The notes under the pieces were generated by a model. It was not told the origin of the DNA. It saw only the letters and a program-made list of their open reading frames with translations, and searched no databases. DNA of 64,000 nucleotides from Malacoraja senta (lineage: Eukaryota): the NCBI GenBank assembly GCA_038087875.1, contig CM075977.1, forward strand, positions 153,822,001 through 153,886,000, read 5' to 3'. Each line of letters begins with the position of its first letter. The first letter of the stretch is position 1. Positions 1 to 13,656 of this stretch are shown here, piece by piece. A program made the translations under genes and the position numbers.

Positions 1-3000
1 TTTCACCACTTTTCAAATGTGCTGCTATCCCATCTTTAACAACTGACTCTAGCAGTTTCCCCACTACCGATGTTAGACTAACTGGTCTGTAATTCCCCGT
101 TTTCTCTCTCCCTCCCTTTTTTAAAAAGTGGGGTTACATTAGCTACCCTGCAATCCTCAGGAACTACTCCAGAATCTAAAGAGTTTTGAAAAATTATCAC
201 TAATGCATCCACTATTTCTGGAGCTACTTCCTTAAGTACTCTGGGATGCAGCCTATCTGGCCCTGGGGATTTTTCGGCCTTTAATCCATTCAATTTACCT
301 AACACCACTTCCCAGCTCACCTGGATTTCACTCAGTTCCTCCATCTCCTTAGACCCGCGGTCCCCTGCTATTTCCGGCAGATTATTTATGTCTTCCTTAG
401 TGAAGACGGAACCAAAGTACTTATTCAATTGGTCCGCCATGTCCTTGTTCCCCATGATCAATTCACCTGGTTCTGACTGCAAGGGACCTACATTTGTTTT
501 AACTAATCTCTTTCTCTTCACATATCTATAAAAACGTTTGCAGTCAGTTTTAATGTTCCCTGCCAGTTTTCTTTCTTTTCATAATCTATTTCCCTTTCCT
601 AAAGGAGATGCTGGGTGGACTCACTGTGGTGGATGTTAATATGTGTTTATTGTTGTTTTTATTGTATTATATGTATGACTGCTGCAATTTCGTCCAGACT
701 TCGGTCTTAATGACAATAAAGGCATATCTATCTACCTAAGCCCTTTGTCCTCCTCTGCTGGTCTCTGAATTTCTCCCAGTCCTCTGGTCGGCTGCTTTTT
801 CTGTCTAATTTGTACGCTTCATCTTTTGCTTTGATACTATCCCTGATTTCCTTTGTTATCCACGGATGCACTACCTTCCCTGATTTATTCTTTTGCCAAA
901 CTGGGATGAACAATTTTTGTAGTTCATCCATGCAGTCTTTAAATGCCTTCCATTGCATATCCATCGTCGTCCCTTTAAGAATTAATCGCCAGTCAATCTT
1001 GGCCAATTCACGCCTCATACCCTCAAAGTTACCTTTCTTTAAGTTCAGAACCATTGTTTCTGAATTAACCATGTCACTCTCCATCCTAATGATGAACTCA
1101 ACCATATTATGGTCACCCTTGCCCAAGGGGCCACGCACAACAAGACTGTTAACTAACCCTTCCTCATTACTCAATACCCAGTCTAGAATAGCCTGCTCTC
1201 TCGTTGGTTCCTCTACATGTTGGTTTAGAAAACTATCCCGCATACTTTCCAAGAAATCCTCTTCCTCAGCACCCCTGCCAATTTGATTCACCCAATCTAT
1301 ATGTAGATTGAAGTCACCCATTATAACTGTTTTACCTTTGTTGCACGCATTTCTAATTTCCTGTTTAATGCCATCCCCAACTTCACTTCTACTGTTAGGT
1401 GGCCTGTACACAACACCCACTGCATTTTCTGCCCCTTAGTGTTTCGCAGCTCTACCCATATCAATTACACATCCTCCAAGCTAATGTCCTTCCTTTCCAT
1501 TGTGTTAATCTCCTCTCTAACCAGAAACGCTAGCCCACCTCCTTTTCCTTTCTGTCTATCCCTCCTGAATATTGAATATCCCTGGATGTTCAGCTCCCAG
1601 CCTTGGTCACCCTGGAGCCATGTCTCCGTGATCCCAACTATATCATAATCATTAATAGCTATCTGCACATTCAACTCATCTACCTTATTACGAATGCTCC
1701 TTGCATTGAGACGCAAAGCCTTCCGGCTTGTTTTTACAACGCTCTTACCCCTTATACAATTTTGTTGAAAAGTGGCCCTTTTTAATTTTTGCCCTGCCAC
1801 TTTTATTTTTCACCTTGCTACCTATTGCTTTTACCCCCATTTTACACCTCTCTGTCTCTCTGCTCACACATTTAAGAACCCCACCACCTCTTATTCTCTG
1901 TTTATTATTGTTTTCTTCTTTCCCCCCAACATGTTGGATCTGAGTGCTTCCCTTCTCTGCCTCCTGCCTCACACACTGTCTACTAGCTTTCTCTATTTGA
2001 GTCCCTCCCCCCAACCATTCTAGTTTAAATTCTCCGCAGTAGCCTTTGCAAATCTCCCCGCCAGGATATTGGTCCCCCTCGGGTTCAAGTGCAACCCATC
2101 CTTTTTGTACAGGTCGCACCTTCCACAAAAGAGGTCTCAATGATCCAGAAACTTAAATCCCTGCCTTCTGCACCAGTCCTTCAGCCACGCATTTATCCCC
2201 CACCTCGCTCCATTCCTACTCTCACTGTCGTGTGGTACAGGCAAAAATCCCGAGATTGTTACCTTTGCGGTCCTTCTTTTTAACTCTCCTCCTAACTCCC
2301 TAAATTCTCCTTTCAGGACCTCTTCTCTTTTTCTACCTATGTCATTGGTACCTATATGTACCACGACCTAGGGCTCCTCTCCCATTTCAGGATATCTTGG
2401 ACATGTTCAGACACATCCGAGACCCTGGCACCAGGGAAGCAAACTACCATCCGGGTCTCCCGACTGCGTCCACAGAATCGCCTGTCTGACCCCCTAACTA
2501 TAGAGTCCCCTATTACTAATGCCCTCCTCTTCTTTTCCTTACCCTTCTGAGCAACAGGGCCGGTCTCTGTACCGGAGGCCCAGCCACTGTTGCTGCCCCC
2601 AGGTAGGCTGTCGCCCCCAACAGTACTCAAACAGGAATACTTATTGTCAAGGTGTACAGCCACCAGGGTACTGTCTAGTCCTTGCCTGTGCCCCTTGCCC
2701 CTCCTAACCGTGACCCACTTGCCTGCCTCCTGTGGTCTTTGAGTGACCACCTCTCTGTAACTCCTCTCAATGACTTCCTCGCTCTCCCTGACCAGACGGA
2801 GGTCATCGAGCTGCTGCTCCAGGTTCCTAATACGGTCCCTTAGGAGCCCCATCTCGACGCACCTGGCGCAGATGTGGACGTCTGGAAGGCTATCAGATTC
2901 CTTGACCTCCCACATCTGACATCCAGAACAGTAAACTGCCCTGGCCCTCATACTCCCCTCTTACCCTGGATACAATGCAAAGTACAGTACAATCAGCAAG

Positions 3001-3342
3001 GATCCGACTCCCAATCAGCTGCTCCCTCTTGTCCGATTCCACCAATCAGCGGCTTCCTCAAGCCCACTTGTTTTGAAATGCGAATGGAACTTGGAACGTT
3101 ACAGATTTCGGTTCCTCCTCCCTCTGCGACCGCTCCAACGGCTCTCGGGCCTCTGTAAGAAGCAAGCCCCACACTCGAGTTTATCTCCTACCGCTCGGGT
3201 GTAGCTCCCCCCTCTGCGACCGCTCCAACGGCTCTCGGGCCTCTGTAAGAAGCAAGCCCCGCGCTCGAGTTTATCTCCTACCGCTCGGGTGTAGCTCCCC
3301 CCTCTGCGACCGCTCCAAAGGCTCTCGGGCCTCTGTAAGAAG
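1..3342 (-). mobile_element. CR1-clade LINE, 5' half (5' UTR, ORF1, APE endonuclease, start of RT); continues past the window start; frameshifted
   Basis: ORF1 pieces 2352-2951 and 2137-2364 contain CxxC zinc-knuckle motifs, a coiled coil and SGNH esterase motifs (VIGDSIVR, HIGTND). ORF2 pieces 1465-1800, 728-1420 and 78-521 contain APE motifs (LNARSI, ITETW, GVVYRPP, GDFN, GDH) and KSPGPD/ANVTPLFKKG. A foreign insert lies at about 603-734. Confidence 0.93.
3121..3342 (-). repeat. 90-bp tandem repeat (about 2.5 copies) in the CR1 5' UTR
   Basis: CCTCTGCGACCGCTCCAA recurs at 3121, 3211 and 3301; the units are nearly identical. Confidence 0.9.
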
Positions 3343-3402
3343 GTCTATAAATTGGTCAGAGTCGGGCAGAGAATTCAAGTGATGTACCTGATGTACTTTA
3401 AC

Positions 3403-3760
3403 ATCATGGAGCTTGCGGTCCCTGGTTTGAGACCAACTTTGGGAGCTCCAAGCCGCAGGAGCTTCGATCGCCCCGACACGGGAGCTTCGATCACCCCGAC
3501 GCGGGAAATTCGATCGTCCCGACGAAGGGTTCGACTGCCCCGACCGTGGGAGAAAAATGAGTAAAGAAGATTAGACTTTATTGCCTTCCATCACAGTGAG
3601 GAATGTGGGAAATCCACTGTGGTGGAAGTTTATGTTAACTTTTATGTAGTTGTGCGTCGTTGCATTTTTTTTAGTATGGCTATGTGGTAATACGAATATT
3701 ACTGTATCTTAATTGGTACATGTGACAATAAAAGACCTTTGAAACCTTTGAAACCTTTGA
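3403..3760 (+). mobile_element. Non-autonomous SINE-like element with Rex1/Babar-type 3' tail
   Basis: CpG-rich ~21-bp tandem units, then a TCCATCACAGTG...CACTGTGGTGGA hairpin, a TGTGACAATAAA tail and a (CCTTTGAAA)n terminus. Confidence 0.6.
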
Positions 3761-4964
3761 TGGTGGAATCTCTGAAGATGAAGGAAGTTGACACAACCTG
3801 TTCGTGAGCTGTTTGACTGAGCAACTGAGCTGTGAATTTATAACTCTAGGATCAGGGAAGACTTGATGGGCTAGGGGTTTCCAGGAGTCCATGAGGATTT
3901 TTTCCCAAAGGCTTTCAGGGAGCTTAGAATACATTGTCAGTTTTGAGAGGCTGGTGTGGGCTTGCAAATGATGTGGCCATCCCGGTGGAACTATCACTAT
4001 GATCTCACCAATGGCATGGTGACAGAAATGTGAAATCACTCTTCCATAGAATCATTAAAATAAAATGATCAGAAAATCCCATCCAAGGATATCAATTCAA
4101 ATTAACAGCATAAATACAGGATAAAATAAATATAAAGACATGAGCATTTTATTTTCAAAGATCTTTGAAAATATTAGAAAAATAACAAATTGAATTCACA
4201 TTATCACTAATAACATACCTTAACAACATAGCAGTCACTACACACAATTAATATAACATTCAACACTCCTTTAAATAAAAGTACCTTGCAATCAGACTAA
4301 TGTTTATCACTTTAGTTCCCTTTGTGCCATGCCCTATTGTTTAATAGGATCTGTATCCCCAGAGTTGAACTCAATTCTTACAGCACATTACTCAATTTCT
4401 TCTTTCCTTAATTACAGTGAATGATTCTCAGGTGTTTCCAATCTGAATAGTTTATAGAACTCTATATGTTTGCTTATTTAAACCTGGCTTGTCATGACAT
4501 TTTTCCTGAGATAATTTTGATAAATTAAGTGATTCAGGATTCATTGCCACAGAACATCAGTTACATCATTTGAAAGCAATTTATATCCAGGTTGTCTCAC
4601 ACCAAAATGATGAATCTTCAATAATTTAACATGTTGTGTTATGTTATAACATAACATGCAGTAATATAATATGATATAAATACTGAGGAGAAAAAATGGG
4701 TGGTAATCTGAGTATCTCAAATGAGCAAAAATATTTCTCTTCATGGAGCAAAAATGGGAAACCGCTAAACAAGAAATTGCAATTAAATGGATTGTTTAAT
4801 GGGTAATGTGTAAAACGAGCTTCATCACTAATGTTTAGCTCAATTGATGCTTTTATAACAGTGGGCATTCTGGTGGAGAAGGCCTAATCTGAATGAGTTC
4901 CCCAAGTAGATACAACTCAAAGTCTATTAGGTATATTTATAAATAATCTATGCAATTGAAAGAA

Positions 4965-5105
4965 AGTCTTTATTATGTAGCTGTCACAGCCCTTTGGATC
5001 ATCCAAAGCAAATAATGGCTAGTGAGGTATTTTTGAATTGAAGCTACCTGTTGTAAAAGTAGAAAACACAGCAGTCAATTTGGCACAGCAAGCTTCCACA
5101 AACAA
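4965..5105 (-). mobile_element. Old Deu-domain SINE (SacSINE1/AmnSINE-like) 3' remnant
   Basis: The reverse complement resembles the DeuSINE tail (GCTTGCTGTGCCAAATTGACTGCTG...GCTTTGGATGATCC). Recognised from memory and heavily diverged. Confidence 0.45.
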
Positions 5106-5396
5106 AAGAGAAACAAGTCACAATTTCAGCAAATACTGTCCAGTAAAGTGGGCTGGAGTCTATGTTTCTGATCGGAACTATTAGATTTCAGTTGGTGAAA
5201 CTTTGGCACACACCACTGAATGCAGAAGTCCAGGACTATTGAATGCTAGATGGAGCCATATTTGTTATTCTGCCTTTCACTGGAATCCATATCATTTATT
5301 ATTGCTGAGATTATCTGGTATTAAATTGGAGAATCTCCTCTCCAACCCAACTCAAGTCAGACCTGATGCAGAATCTGACATCAGTTGGGAGTCTAA

Positions 5397-6358
5397 TGGG
5401 CCTGTCCCACTTAGGCGGATTTTTAGTCGCCACATGTTCGCGGGTGGTTGCTGGGGAGTCGCCTTCATGGTCGTGAGGAGTTCCCGCATTCTGGGAGCTA
5501 GTCACGGCCTCATTATGGTCACTGTGAATTTTTCAACATGTTGAAAAATTAGCAGCGACTAGAATGAAGTCGCCATGGAGAGTACCGAGAATTCTCGTGC
5601 CGTAGGTGGGTCGCCAGGAGGTCCTAATGGGTTGTCAGAAGGTCGAAGGTTCTCGCTGGTCCTTGTAGGTTGTAGCTGGTGCTGACCAGTGAATTTCATT
5701 GGCTCATTGGGGAAAAAAAGGTAAGCAGTAGTTTTCAGAACCAAGGATAACCGACCGGTAATGTTAAATGTCCGCCGAGCTTTTCAGCCATGTATCTCTG
5801 GTTTCTTAAAAGTTGTTTCCACTCCTTCTCCCCCCTTCTCCCCCTTCTCCCCTTCTCCCCCCTTCTCCCCCTTCTTCCCCCTCTCCCCCCCACCTCTCCC
5901 CCCCACCTCTCCCCCTTCTTTTAAAGGACTTACCGTACACTGTGCTTTAGCTCTTAAAGAAGGAACTGCAGATGCTGGAAAACCGAAGGTACACAAAAAT
6001 GCTGGAGAAACTCAGCGGGTGCAGCAGCATCTATGGAGCGAAGGAAATAGGCAACGTTTCGGGCCGAAACCCTTCTTCAGACTGTGCTTTAGCTGTCTTT
6101 TTACAGCGCCAACCTTCCTGTTCATCACGGTGTGTGTCTGTTTCACCTTGGCTTTGCACCGCGTGAATTTGTTAGACAGCACTCCCCCCGATTGTCCTAT
6201 CCCCCGCCTGCATAACGGGCTGGTGAAAGAAGCGATGTGTTTGTATGTGTGTGTTTCACTCTGACAGTTGCCGTTCCAGTTGCCGGTTTTTCAGGCGACT
6301 GCCAACAACTTGACATTCGCCAGCAGTCCGCTGAAAAATGGACTGTGGGACAGGCCCA
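5397..6358. mobile_element. PIF/Harbinger-type MITE
   Basis: TIRs TGGGCCTGTCCCAC (5397-5410) and GTGGGACAGGCCCA (6345-6358), flanked by TAA on both sides; no transposase ORF. Confidence 0.8.
5953..6080 (-). mobile_element. Penelope terminal-repeat fragment with hammerhead motif, nested in the MITE
   Basis: 14-bp TSD ACTGTGCTTTAGCT (5939-5952 and 6081-6094); the minus strand reads CTGAAGAAGGGTTTCGGCCCGAAACGTT. Confidence 0.8.
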
Positions 6359-6596
6359 TAAGCCTATCAATATGATCTTTGTTGAAAATTAAATTTTTGG
6401 GGTTAAGTTTTTCAATAATATCCAAGTGTGCTTCATTTTTTAAATATTTTTTAACATTTTCTCATTCTTAATTTACCTCATGTTTACTGATTGTTTGAGA
6501 CATAAAAACTGCTAATTCACTGTCAGCAAAACACAAAGTACTGGAGTAACTCTGGGCCCTACCATTCCCTCCACAGTTGCTGCCTGGGGTCTGAGT

Positions 6597-6905
6597 TTTT
6601 AGTTTAGTGTTTATTTTAGGGATACAGCATTAAACCTGGCCCTTCGGCCGACCGATTCCACACCCGCCATCAATCACCCCTACACTGTTATCCCACTTTT
6701 GCATCCTACAAACTAGAGGCAATTTACTGAAGCCATTAACCTACAAACCTACATCTTTTAACGTGGGAGGAAACCAGAGCACCCGGAGAATGCCCACACG
6801 GTCACAGCGAGAATGTACAAGCTCTGTGCAGGCAACACCCGTGGTCAGGATCGAAGGTGCTGTGAGGCAGTGGCTCTACCACTGCAACACCGTGCTGCCA
6901 TGCCA
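6597..6905 (-). mobile_element. HE1-like tRNA-derived V-SINE
   Basis: Reverse complement has the V-domain (TTCTCCGGGTGCTCTGGTTTCCTCCCAC), a CR1-like tail (GGCCGAAGGGCC) and a TAAAC-type terminus. Confidence 0.8.
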
Positions 6906-7028
6906 CCATGTGAGTTACTCCAGAAGTTTGTGTTTTGCTCAAGATTCCAGCATCTACAGTTCCTTATGTCCCGAATTCACTGTCAACTTTGACATAAAGC
7001 TAACCCTGCCCTTAGCTTTAAAGCTAAC

Positions 7029-7170
7029 AGAATCAAGGGATATGGGGAGAAAGCAGGAACGGGGTACTGATTTTGGATGATCAGCCATAATCATATTGAA
7101 TGGGGGTGCTAGCTCAAAGGGCCGAATGGCCTACTCCTGCACCTCTTTTCTATGTCTATGTTTCTATGTT
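7029..7170 (+). mobile_element. CR1 3' end fragment
   Basis: GAATCAAGGGATATGGGG...GGCCGAATGGCCTACTCCTGCACC followed by (TTTCTATG)n. Confidence 0.8.
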
Positions 7171-9047
7171 TATCTGTCAAAGCTTGAGGTCAGTCACCAT
7201 TTAGACCTTGCTGTCTAATTCAGTGATCCAGAGGATTTGGTCTCCGTGTGCAGTCTACCTTGGTGGAGGTGAGCAAAAACGGTGGGATGGATCCAACAAA
7301 ATCTGGCTCAATATTTGAGAGGTGGTTTCGTTCAAGGAGCATGGGAACAATACTTCTTGGATCTCTTGCTAAGTCAGGTACCTCTCTAATTTGGAACTAT
7401 ATCGGTGTTCCTTCATTGTGACTGGGTATAAATACTGGAACTCACAGTCCAGCAACAGTGTTTGGGAATACCTTCACTCAAAGGACAGTAGAAAATGGCT
7501 CATCACCAATTTCCCTGAGGCTATTTGGGATGCTGGTTGGCTCACGATTCTTGCATTCCAGAAAAACAAATTTAAACTAAGGTGCAGACAGATACTCATT
7601 AGAGGGAAAGGAAATGCAAAAAAAATTAAAGCTCCCCGTTCGACGAAAAGCAGAGGCTAAAGTTAAAATGATAAAGGAAAGTTACGGTGATTCAGTGGAG
7701 AACCAAGCGGAAAATAAAAGCTACAAGGACAGCTGAAAGAAGAAATTAAATGATAATTAAAATCAAGACACAGCAAAAACTGGTAATATTTAGCAGGTCA
7801 GGCAGAATCTATAGAGTAAAATAAAATGCTTTCATATTGATGATCTTCTGTTAGCTTTAATGAAAAATGATTATTGTGAAATCTAACTCATTTTCAACCT
7901 TGATTGATGCTGCTTAATCTCTTGAATATTTTTAGAGTTTCCTTTTTCATTCTCAGATTTCTACCATCCACCGTATACACTATATCCTTTCTTTCGAATT
8001 AAATCAGATCAGTAGCTAATGCTGAAAGGAAATCAAATGTCCTTTATCAATATAGGAACTGTGAAAGAGCAGTTAAACATGATGCTATTGGGGACCAAGA
8101 AGCATGTGCAATGGAAGAAGGGATTCTGCAGAGATAATAAATTACTACCGGTAACCTGAATTGGAAACAACAAACGAGAGGATGCTCTCCAGTAAATGAC
8201 AAGGTTGGAAAGAGAGTATTTACATATAAACTGGAGTGTGAAATTAAAATGGATGTCAGCGGAAAAAGTGGAAAAGACATCAGGCAGAATAGAGTGCATC
8301 TTCTTTGGCTGAGGGAAGTAATCCAGAAGCTCTGGTCAAAATTTCTAATTCATCTTCAAAATAAGAGCAGTGCTAGTACGCTGGAGTACCTCAAACGATA
8401 CACCAAAGGAGGGAAATGTGAGTCTAGCAATTGTAGACCAATGCACCCATTGTCAACAATGGGGATTGGTTTCGAGACAAAGGTACTGGAAAAAAAAGAC
8501 TTGCTGGAAAATACGGATTAATTGATGAAAATGTAGTCATTTTTTTCTAAAAGACTAGAGTGCTTGTTAAAATTAAGTCCAAATAAAACTACTTGACTAA
8601 TTTCAAGGATGAAGTAATGGTTGATACAGATTGACATGTTCATGCCATTTGATAAAGACTTCTGAAGACAATGGAATAAAAGGGACAGTACCTGGACGGA
8701 AACAAGTTGGCTAAAGGATAGAACGAGCAAATTCTGACACTTGAAGGTGCAGAGATGACTTATCAAAAAAAAATCCAGAGATGAGAAACTTACATTTTGT
8801 AAGATGCACTGAGAAACTGGAATTGTGCTCCTTAGAGTCAGAGGATTATGGGGAAATTAAAAAAAGATGTTGACATTTATGTGAGGTTTTGATTTGAGTG
8901 GAAAAAGAGTTTTCATTGGCAGGAAGAGTGGTAACCAGATGAAGCTGTTTTAACATGATTGACTAAAGAAAAATTCTATTTATGCAACAGATTTTTACGG
9001 CATGGAATGATCTGCGGTGGAGGAAATTCAATGATAACTTTCAGAAA

Positions 9048-9580
9048 TTTGAGAAAGGACATCCTTGCTATTGAGGCAGTGCAGCGTAACTTCACGAGGT
9101 TAATCCCCGGGATGGCGGGACTGTCATATGAGGAAAGATTGGAAAGACTGGGCTTGCATTCACTGGAATTTAGAAGGATGAGAGGGAATCTTATAGAAAC
9201 GTATAAAATTATAAAAAGGACTGGACAAGTTAGATGCAGGAAAAATGTTACCAATGTTGGGCGAGTCCAGAACCAGGGGGCACAGTCTACGAATAAAGGG
9301 GAGGCCATTTAAAACTGAGATGAGAAAAAACGTTTTCACCCAGAGAGTTGTGAATTTGTAGAATTCTCTGCCACAGAAGGCGGTAGAGGCCAACACTGGA
9401 TGAATTTAAAAGAGAGTTAGAGCTCTAGGGACTAGTGGAATCAAGGGATATGGGGAGAAGGCAGGCCCGGGTTACTGATTGTGGATGATCAGCCATGATC
9501 ACAATGAATGGCGGTGCAGCTCGAGGGGCCAAATGGCCTCCTCCTGCACCTATTTTCTATGTTTCTATGTTTCTATGTTT
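9048..9580 (+). mobile_element. CR1 3' fragment (5'-truncated)
   Basis: LRKDILAIEAVQR...LSYEERLERLGL...RRMRGNLIETYK and a (TTTCTATG)n tail. Confidence 0.9.
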
Positions 9581-10279
9581 AGAAAGGAATATTTGAAATG
9601 AATACATTTTTTGGAAGAATAGAAAACAGGTCAGTTGGAATAATTGAACAGCTCTTAAAAGCTGCCACACAATGGGCCAAATGTTCTCCTGCTCTGCTGT
9701 AGGATTGCACAATTCTATGATAAAATGACAATGATAAATTTGGAAAGAAAATCAATAAGTTCAGTTGAAAGCATTTATTTTAGTGAAATTTATTGCATTC
9801 TCTGAGAACCACCTTTTCACATATCTATTCGTCTTTTACCACATGATTACATGATTCTTTTATATAAAATGTACTGTAACTTTACTGAAACCTGTTACAG
9901 CTGTAATGCTAGAACCTGTAATTATCAACCAGTTTAGTTGCTGAATACTGATAGAAATTCAATGCCTGTGAAATGCCCTATTGTACTCTAAAGGCATGTA
10001 ATAAGAATACTTTTCTTGGGAAGACAGGATTTTATGTATTACTAAGAAAGGAATAAACCAACATACCAGTTTGATTCCAAAACTATTTCGTCTCAGTTTT
10101 GCAGCTGCTGATGTTATTTGAGTTACTGGTGTCTCAATTCATTCAATTTCTTCTTAGATGACTTTTTGTTTAAGTGCTGTTGCACTGCAGAGTGGGCTTC
10201 ATTCCAGCATATGGATGATTTTGAATATTAACCATTTTGAGCAAAATGAACTGTGGCCAATTGCACCAAAAATTGCACT

Positions 10280-11117
10280 CCCCATCCCCCCACTCGTAAC
10301 AAGGGCAGAGTTCCCCCTTGTCCTCACCTTCCACCCTACCAGCAGCCACATACAACAAATAATTCTCTGACATTTTCGCCACCTCCAACGGGATCCTACC
10401 ACTGGCCACATCTTCCCATCTCCTTCCCTTTCGGCTTTCTGCAGAGACCGCTCCCTCCATAACTCCCTGGTCAATTCGTCCCTTCCCACCCAAACCACCC
10501 CCTCTCCTGGCACTTTTTCTTGCGACTGTAGGAAATGCTACACTTGTCACTTTACCTCCCCCCTTGACTCCATCCAAGGACCCAAGCAGTCTTTCCAGGT
10601 GCGGCAGAGGTTCATATGCACCTCCTCCAACCTCATCTATTGCATTCGCTGCTCGAGGTGTCAGCTGATCTACATCGGTGAGACCAAGCGTAGGCTTGGC
10701 GATCGCTTCGCCCAACACCTCTGCTCAGTTCGCAATAACCAACCTGATCTCCCGGTGGCTCAGCACTTCAACTCTCCCTCCCATTCTGAATCTGACCTTT
10801 CTGTCCTGGGCCTCCTCCATGGCCAGAGTGAGGCCCACCGTAAATTGGAGGAGCAGCACCTCATATTTCACTTGGTTAGTTTACACCCCAGCGGTATGAC
10901 CGTTGACTTCTCCAATTTCAGGTAGTCCCTGCTTTCTCCTTCTTTCCCCTCCCCTTCCCAGCTCTCCCACAGCCCACTGTCTCCGCCTCTTCCTTTCTTC
11001 TTCCCACGCACCCCCCTCCCCCCACCCCCACATTAGTCTGAAGAAGGGTCTCGACCCAAAATGTCGGCTATTTCCTTCGCTCCATAGATGCTGTCTCACC
11101 CGCTGAGTTTCTCCAAA
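10280..11117 (+). mobile_element. Penelope-like element 3' part (RT thumb, Cys-rich linker, GIY-YIG endonuclease, terminal repeat)
   Basis: ORF 10599-10925 reads NLIYCIRC..C..IYIGETKRRLGDRF..H...VAQHFN...RKLEEQHLI. A decayed hammerhead motif lies at about 11035-11066. Confidence 0.9.
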
Positions 11118-11909
11118 ACTTGTATTACATTGAGCTTTAATGCAACCAAAAACTTTAAGGTGTTTCAAACCAACATTATTGGACAAAATTGACACTGACA
11201 TCAGGGTAGATGACCAAAGTCTGCTCAATGAGGTAACTTTAAATGAACACCTTAAAATAATAGAAAGTTGAACGTAAGTGTTTGTGGATAGGATTCCAGA
11301 GCTTGAGGTTTCAGCAGCTGAAGGCAAAGCCACTGGTAGTGGATTTAAAACAGGCCCTAGAGAGTAGTAATGAAGCAGTGTAGATATCTTGTGGGATTAC
11401 AGGGGTGGAGTCACAGAACCATGTAGGGGTTAAAACCAAACTATTGCTTAGCCAAGGATTATTGGAGGTCCGTGAACACGGCAGATGGATGAATGTCACC
11501 CAATCCAAGTCATCTAATGGAGAAAAAGTTTCTGCTGATTTATCTACAGAGACTAACATGGGGAAGATATGCAAGGTGGGTATGAAATAGTCATTTTTAG
11601 CTGCAAGGGTTTCTGCAGCAGATACACCAAGGCAGGGGAAGAATTGGCACTTCCTGGAGTCTGCGCAATGCAGTGAGGAAAATCTACTGCAAGGATGTAA
11701 AACATATTCAACTGGAATTATCATTATAGCATCCCTGCTTACATGTTCAAAGCTGGATGTGTATCAGAATCAATAACAATAACTTAATGAAGTAACAAAT
11801 CCAGTGGGTATTATGAAACGTTATTGCAATGTGTAGACATTTAATAATAGGACAATGGTGTAGCTAGCAGAGTTGTCACCTCAATCCTGACCTCGGATGC
11901 TGTCTGCTT

Positions 11910-12960
11910 AATTGGCATAGAATTAATGAGCTATACAGCAAGGATACAGGCCCTTCAACCCAACTCAGCTATTTTGACCAAGTTGCCGAACCAAGATAGT
12001 CTCACTTGCCTGCACCTGGCTCATACCCCTGCAAATCTTTCTTGTCCAAATACCTGTCCAAGTGACTTTTAAATATTGTGGTTGTACCCATCTCTATCAC
12101 TTTCTATGGCATCTCCTCACATGTACGCTCCACCCTGTGTGTGAAAATGTTGTCCCGCAGATCCATTTAAAATCTTTCCCCTCTTACGTTAAACCTCTGC
12201 TCTTTGTTTTACCCACTATTACCTTGGGAAAAAGACCATGGCTGTTCACCTTATCTGTTCCCCTCATGATCTTATACCTCTATGTGGTTGTGCTCCAAGG
12301 GAAAAAAGACCCAACCTATTTGCCTCCCCTTATAACTCAAACCATCTAGACCTGGTGTCATGCTTGTAATTTTCTTTTTGCACTCTTTTATAATATCTTT
12401 CCTAGAGCAAGGCAACCTGAACTGTACACAGTACTCCAAATGTGGCCTTGCCAATGTCATTCCCCAAGGCTCTATCATTTACAATGAACATTCCCAATGA
12501 ACATTCCCCAAAGCTCTATCATCGTGCCCTTATTTGTCTTACCAAAATGAAACATCTTGCATTTATTGGAATTAAACTCCTTTCCCCATTGACCCAGTTG
12601 ATCAAGATCTCTTCATAGTCTTAGATAACTTTCTTCACTGTTCACCATGTCACAGATTTTTGTGTCATCTAAAAACTTACTAACAATGCTACCTACACCC
12701 TTATCCAAATTGTTGATATAAAATACGAGCAACAGTGGATCCAGCACAGAGTCCTGTGGTACACCACCTATTACAAGCCTCCAGTCTGAAAAAATCAACC
12801 CTCCACCACTACCTGCTGTTTTCTACCGTCAAGACAATTTTGTATCCTATTGGCTAGCTTGCCCTGGATCTCATGTGATTGAACCTTCCGGATCAGCCTA
12901 CCATGCAGTACCTTGACAAAGGCCCTGCTTATCTCCATGCAGACAACATCTCCGACACTG
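11910..12960 (-). mobile_element. Old CR1 RT/3' fragment
   Basis: GVPQDSVLDPLL...SKFLDDTKI and RPHLEYCVQF motifs; many frameshifts. Confidence 0.8.
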
Positions 12961-12961
12961 T

Positions 12962-13460
12962 CATCAGATTCAGATTCAGATTAGTTTATTGCCATAGAAA
13001 CATGCGTGCAATGAAATTCCTATTTTACAAAAATTGAGGAATGGTGTAGACAATAAATACAATAAGTACAACAATAAATATGATGAATGCAAAGCAGCAG
13101 AATACAGTCTGAAGCAGTACACAAAAAACTCTAAACTGCAATGACAGAATAACTGAATGAGACCAGAGTACATGGCAACACCCCTGGGAAAGGGCTGTAA
13201 AAGAAAAGTCTGATGGCCATAGGGAAGAAGCTGTTCTTAAGTCTGGATATCCAGACTTTCAAGTTCCTTATCTTCTCCCAGAAGATAAAAGAGAGTAAAG
13301 GAAATGACCAGGGTGGCAGGTATTCTTGATGATACAACCAGCCTTCCTGATGCAACACACCACGACGATGGACTGGATGGTTGGAAGTGACAAGCCCATG
13401 ATAGAATGGACATTGTTGACCACTCTCTGCACATGCAGGTGGTCAAGAGTCCTCATAAGT
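12962..13460 (-). mobile_element. Rex1/Babar 3' fragment
   Basis: HPGHFLYSLLSSGRR and SRLKNSFFPMAIRL motifs; CAATAAA followed by a (TCTGAA)n tail. Confidence 0.75.
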
Positions 13461-13656
13461 CTTCCTGGTCACCCCTTCAAAAAACTCAATCAATTTGGTG
13501 CGACACAATTTCCTATCCACAAAGCTGCTCTGACCATTCCTGATTCGTCCTGATTGTTCCAGATGCATAGAGATCCCATGTCTCAGAAACCATTGCAATA
13601 ATGTATCCAGCACTGATGTAGTCTTTGTTCAATAGAGGCATAACATTAGCCACCCT

